DNA of 64,000 nt from an uncultured Verrucomicrobiae bacterium (GTDB lineage: Bacteria; Verrucomicrobiota; Verrucomicrobiia; Chthoniobacterales; Chthoniobacteraceae), in contig CAVYKI010000003.1 of assembly GCA_963769025.1 (NCBI GenBank), positions 96,001-160,000 of the forward strand, read 5' to 3'. Each line of letters starts with the position of its first letter. The stretch's first letter is position 1. This document shows, piece after piece, positions 61,545 to 64,000 of the stretch. The notes beneath the pieces are model-generated. The model made no database searches. It was not told the origin of the DNA and saw only the letters and a program-made list of their open reading frames with translations. Made by a program: the position numbers and the translations under genes.

Positions 61545-62351
61545 CTACAGATAGCGCCGGAGCGGCTCGTCCCGCACGGCGACGCTCAGCTCGACGAAAT
61601 CGCGGATCGGTGACTGCGCCAGTTTTCCCATGAGGACTTCCTCCACTTGGAAAATGCCGGCGTAGTCGTCCATGCGCACATTGATGTGCACGCACCGCTC
61701 CTGACCCTTTTCGATGACGACTTCCCGGATCGCGTTCGCCGAATGGCGGTGCATGTCCCCGATGACCGGCTTCACCGAGAGGCCCCTCGCGAGCCGCGCG
61801 CGGCCCTGCGCCATGTCCGTCCCGTCCGCCACGAGCACGGTGCCGGCCTCGATGGAGTGGATTTTCTCGTGCCCCATGTGGCCGGCGATCCCCTCCTGCA
61901 CCATGGCCGTCATGGCGACCTGCTTCTCGAAATCGTCCGGGTAAAACTCCGCAAGATACCGCTCCACAAAGCGCATGCCGATGATGAGCGAATGCCACTC
62001 GTGCCGCTGCCGCGCCACCGCCATCCCGAGGTCGTGCAGCATCGCCGAGAGCAGCAGGATCACCTGCCCATCCTCGAAGGTGCCGAGCTTTTCAAAGGCG
62101 ATGCTCGGCTGGATGCCGCCGTCCCGCAGGAAGCCGAGGATCTTCAGCGAGTGAAGCGCGACGATCCGCATGTGGACCGGGCCGTGATCATTGTAGCCGA
62201 GCCGGAGGATCGAGACGTGGTTCGACTGATCCTGCCACGCCCGGATGAGCGGATCGTCCGCGAGCTTCCGGTAAAGCGCCTTCCCGCGCTCGCCCAGAAA
62301 ATCGAGGATCGCGTTGTCGAGTTCCTCCCGGATTGCAGCTCCTGCTTTCAT
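61545..62351 (-). CDS. HD-superfamily phosphohydrolase (COG3294-like); start uncertain
   Basis: RLGYNDHGPVH, MLHDLGM, R..HE, GH, VADGTDM..GRAR, GIFQVEEVL. Confidence 0.85.
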   Translation of the reverse strand: MKAGAAIREELDNAILDFLGERGKALYRKLADDPLIRAWQDQSNHVSILRLGYNDHGPVHMRIVALHSLKILGFLRDGGIQPSIAFEKLGTFEDGQVILLLSAMLHDLGMAVARQRHEWHSLIIGMRFVERYLAEFYPDDFEKQVAMTAMVQEGIAGHMGHEKIHSIEAGTVLVADGTDMAQGRARLARGLSVKPVIGDMHRHSANAIREVVIEKGQERCVHINVRMDDYAGIFQVEEVLMGKLAQSPIRDFVELSVAVRDEPLRRYL

Positions 62352-62602
62352 TTCGATGATTGGATGTGCACCTGCATCGCGTTCGCGATTTGCGTGACTC
62401 AACTTGAGCCCCCCGCCCTCGAAGGCAAGCGTCTCCTCCGCCCCGCCCGTCCCGCGCACTGCGACACTTCCAGCTTTGCCATTCTCCATCTGCTCTCCTC
62501 CATCGCCCCGCTCCCATAAACAGCTTCCACGCGTGGGGGGAAACTGAGAGCTTGGGTGCATCCGGCTCCTTGGATGCCCTGGGGCTGCACGCGTTTCATC
62601 CG

Positions 62603-64000
62603 ATGTCACACCCCACCGAAGAAACCAGGCTCCGACTTTCCGAGGACGGGAAGGAGGCGTGGATGCTTTTCGGGCCTTACCTGAGCGAGCGGGCTTGGGC
62701 GACGGTGCGCGAGGACTACAGTGCGGATGGCAATGCGTGGGGTTACTTTCCGCACGAGCATGCGCGGTACAAGGCCTACCGGTGGGGCGAGGATGGCATC
62801 GGGGGAATCAGCGATGACAAGCAGCGGCTTTGCTTCGCGCTGGCATTTTGGAACGGGAAGGATGCGATCCTGAAGGAGCGGATGTTCGGGCTGACGGGCG
62901 CGGAAGGGAATCACGGCGAGGACGTGAAGGAGGTGTACTTCTACCTCGATAGCACGCCGACGCACAGCTACCTGAAGATGAACTACAAGTATCCGCAGGC
63001 GGCGTTCCCCTACGCGGCGCTGATCGCGGAGAATGGCAGGCGGTCGCGCACTGATCCGGAGTTCGAGCTGTGGGACACGGGCGTCTTTGCCGAGGACCGG
63101 TATTTCGACATCGACATCGAATACGCGAAGGCGGCGCCGGACGACATCCTGTGCCGGATCACCGTGCGCAACATGGGGCCGGACGCGGCGGCGATCCATG
63201 TGCTGCCGACGCTGTGGTTCCGCAATACGTGGAGCTGGGGGCGGAATGCGGCGAAGCCGCGGATGAGCCTCGCGCACGAGGCGGGGCGCGCGTTTGTGAA
63301 GAGCTCGCATGAGGCGATCGGGGAATACGTTCTCCATGCGGATGGCGCGCAGGACTGGCTGTTTTGCGAAAACGAAACGAACAACCGCCACCTCTACGGA
63401 AGCGCGAACGCCTCGGAATACACGAAGGATGCGTTTCACCGGCGGATCATCCACAATGACGCCGGAGCGGTGAATCCCGCGCAGGCGGGGACGAAGGCGG
63501 CGGCGGTCTTTCACCACGTGCTCAAGCCGGGGGAGCAGTACGAAGTGCGCATCCGACTCACGGGACCAGACACGCAACGATCGGCGGATCCGTTTGGCGA
63601 TTTTGATGCCGTTTTCAAAACGCGCATCCGCGAGGCGGACGAGTTCTACGCGGCGGTGCAGTCGCCGCTGATGAGGCCGGATGAACGCCTCGTCCATCGT
63701 CAGGGGCTCGCGGGGATGATGTGGTCGAAGCAGTTCTTCCACTACATCGTCGAGGACTGGATGGAGGGAGATCCCGGATTGCCGAAACCACCGGAAAGCA
63801 GGCAGCGCGGGCGGAATTGGGAATGGCGGCACCTTTACAACGAGCGCGTGATGTCGATGCCGGACCCGTGGGAATATCCGTGGTACACGGCGTGGGATCT
63901 GGCGTTCCATTGCGTCCCCATCGCGCTCATCGATCCGGCATTTGCCAAGAGCCAGCTCGATCTGCTGACGCGCGAGTGGTACCAGCACCCGAACGGGCAG
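62603..64000 (+). CDS. GH63-like / MGH1-type glucosidase; runs off the window edge
   Basis: Manual translation: GPYLSERAWATVREDYS, AYRWGEDG, LKERMFGLTG.EGNHGEDVKE.YFYLDSTPTHSY, SMPDPWEYPWY.AWDLAFH. Confidence 0.9.
   Translation, partial: MSHPTEETRLRLSEDGKEAWMLFGPYLSERAWATVREDYSADGNAWGYFPHEHARYKAYRWGEDGIGGISDDKQRLCFALAFWNGKDAILKERMFGLTGAEGNHGEDVKEVYFYLDSTPTHSYLKMNYKYPQAAFPYAALIAENGRRSRTDPEFELWDTGVFAEDRYFDIDIEYAKAAPDDILCRITVRNMGPDAAAIHVLPTLWFRNTWSWGRNAAKPRMSLAHEAGRAFVKSSHEAIGEYVLHADGAQDWLFCENETNNRHLYGSANASEYTKDAFHRRIIHNDAGAVNPAQAGTKAAAVFHHVLKPGEQYEVRIRLTGPDTQRSADPFGDFDAVFKTRIREADEFYAAVQSPLMRPDERLVHRQGLAGMMWSKQFFHYIVEDWMEGDPGLPKPPESRQRGRNWEWRHLYNERVMSMPDPWEYPWYTAWDLAFHCVPIALIDPAFAKSQLDLLTREWYQHPNGQ

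Overview
GC-rich bacterial chromosome segment, most likely Verrucomicrobia (PVC superphylum; possibly Chthoniobacterales-like). This rests on the 3-residue RpoB insert (DRRKRRRKI), four PSD1/planctomycete-cytochrome-c genes, three DUF1501 genes and a W-x-x-x-DP repeat protein. Many genes, including essential rpoB and rpoC, carry single-base frameshifts that are most simply explained as uncorrected long-read consensus errors, so I give reconstructed gene spans. Housekeeping and accessory genes: PBP1A, trmD, AddAB-like helicase-nuclease, rpoB-rpoC, pfkA, fbaA, Glu dehydrogenase, D-Ala-D-Ala carboxypeptidase, PduO, ABC transporters, glycan-modifying genes and a GH63-like glucosidase. Best candidates for something new: (1) an apparently sigma54/enhancer-controlled operon of a cytoplasmic Hsp20, a signal-peptide-bearing double-alpha-crystallin Hsp20 and an orphan GspE/PilB-type ATPase; (2) two tandem paralogous 58-59 aa basic proteins, missed by the ORF track, behind a consensus sigma54 promoter; (3) a ParE-type toxin-antitoxin cassette flanked by a 94-bp duplication of the 5' end of an ABC-ATPase gene, with no integrase in view; (4) a strongly structured, possibly bistable RNA upstream of an rpoBC operon that is detached from ribosomal-protein genes. 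No tRNA, rRNA, CRISPR array or transposase was found. All family assignments are by eye, with no database search.
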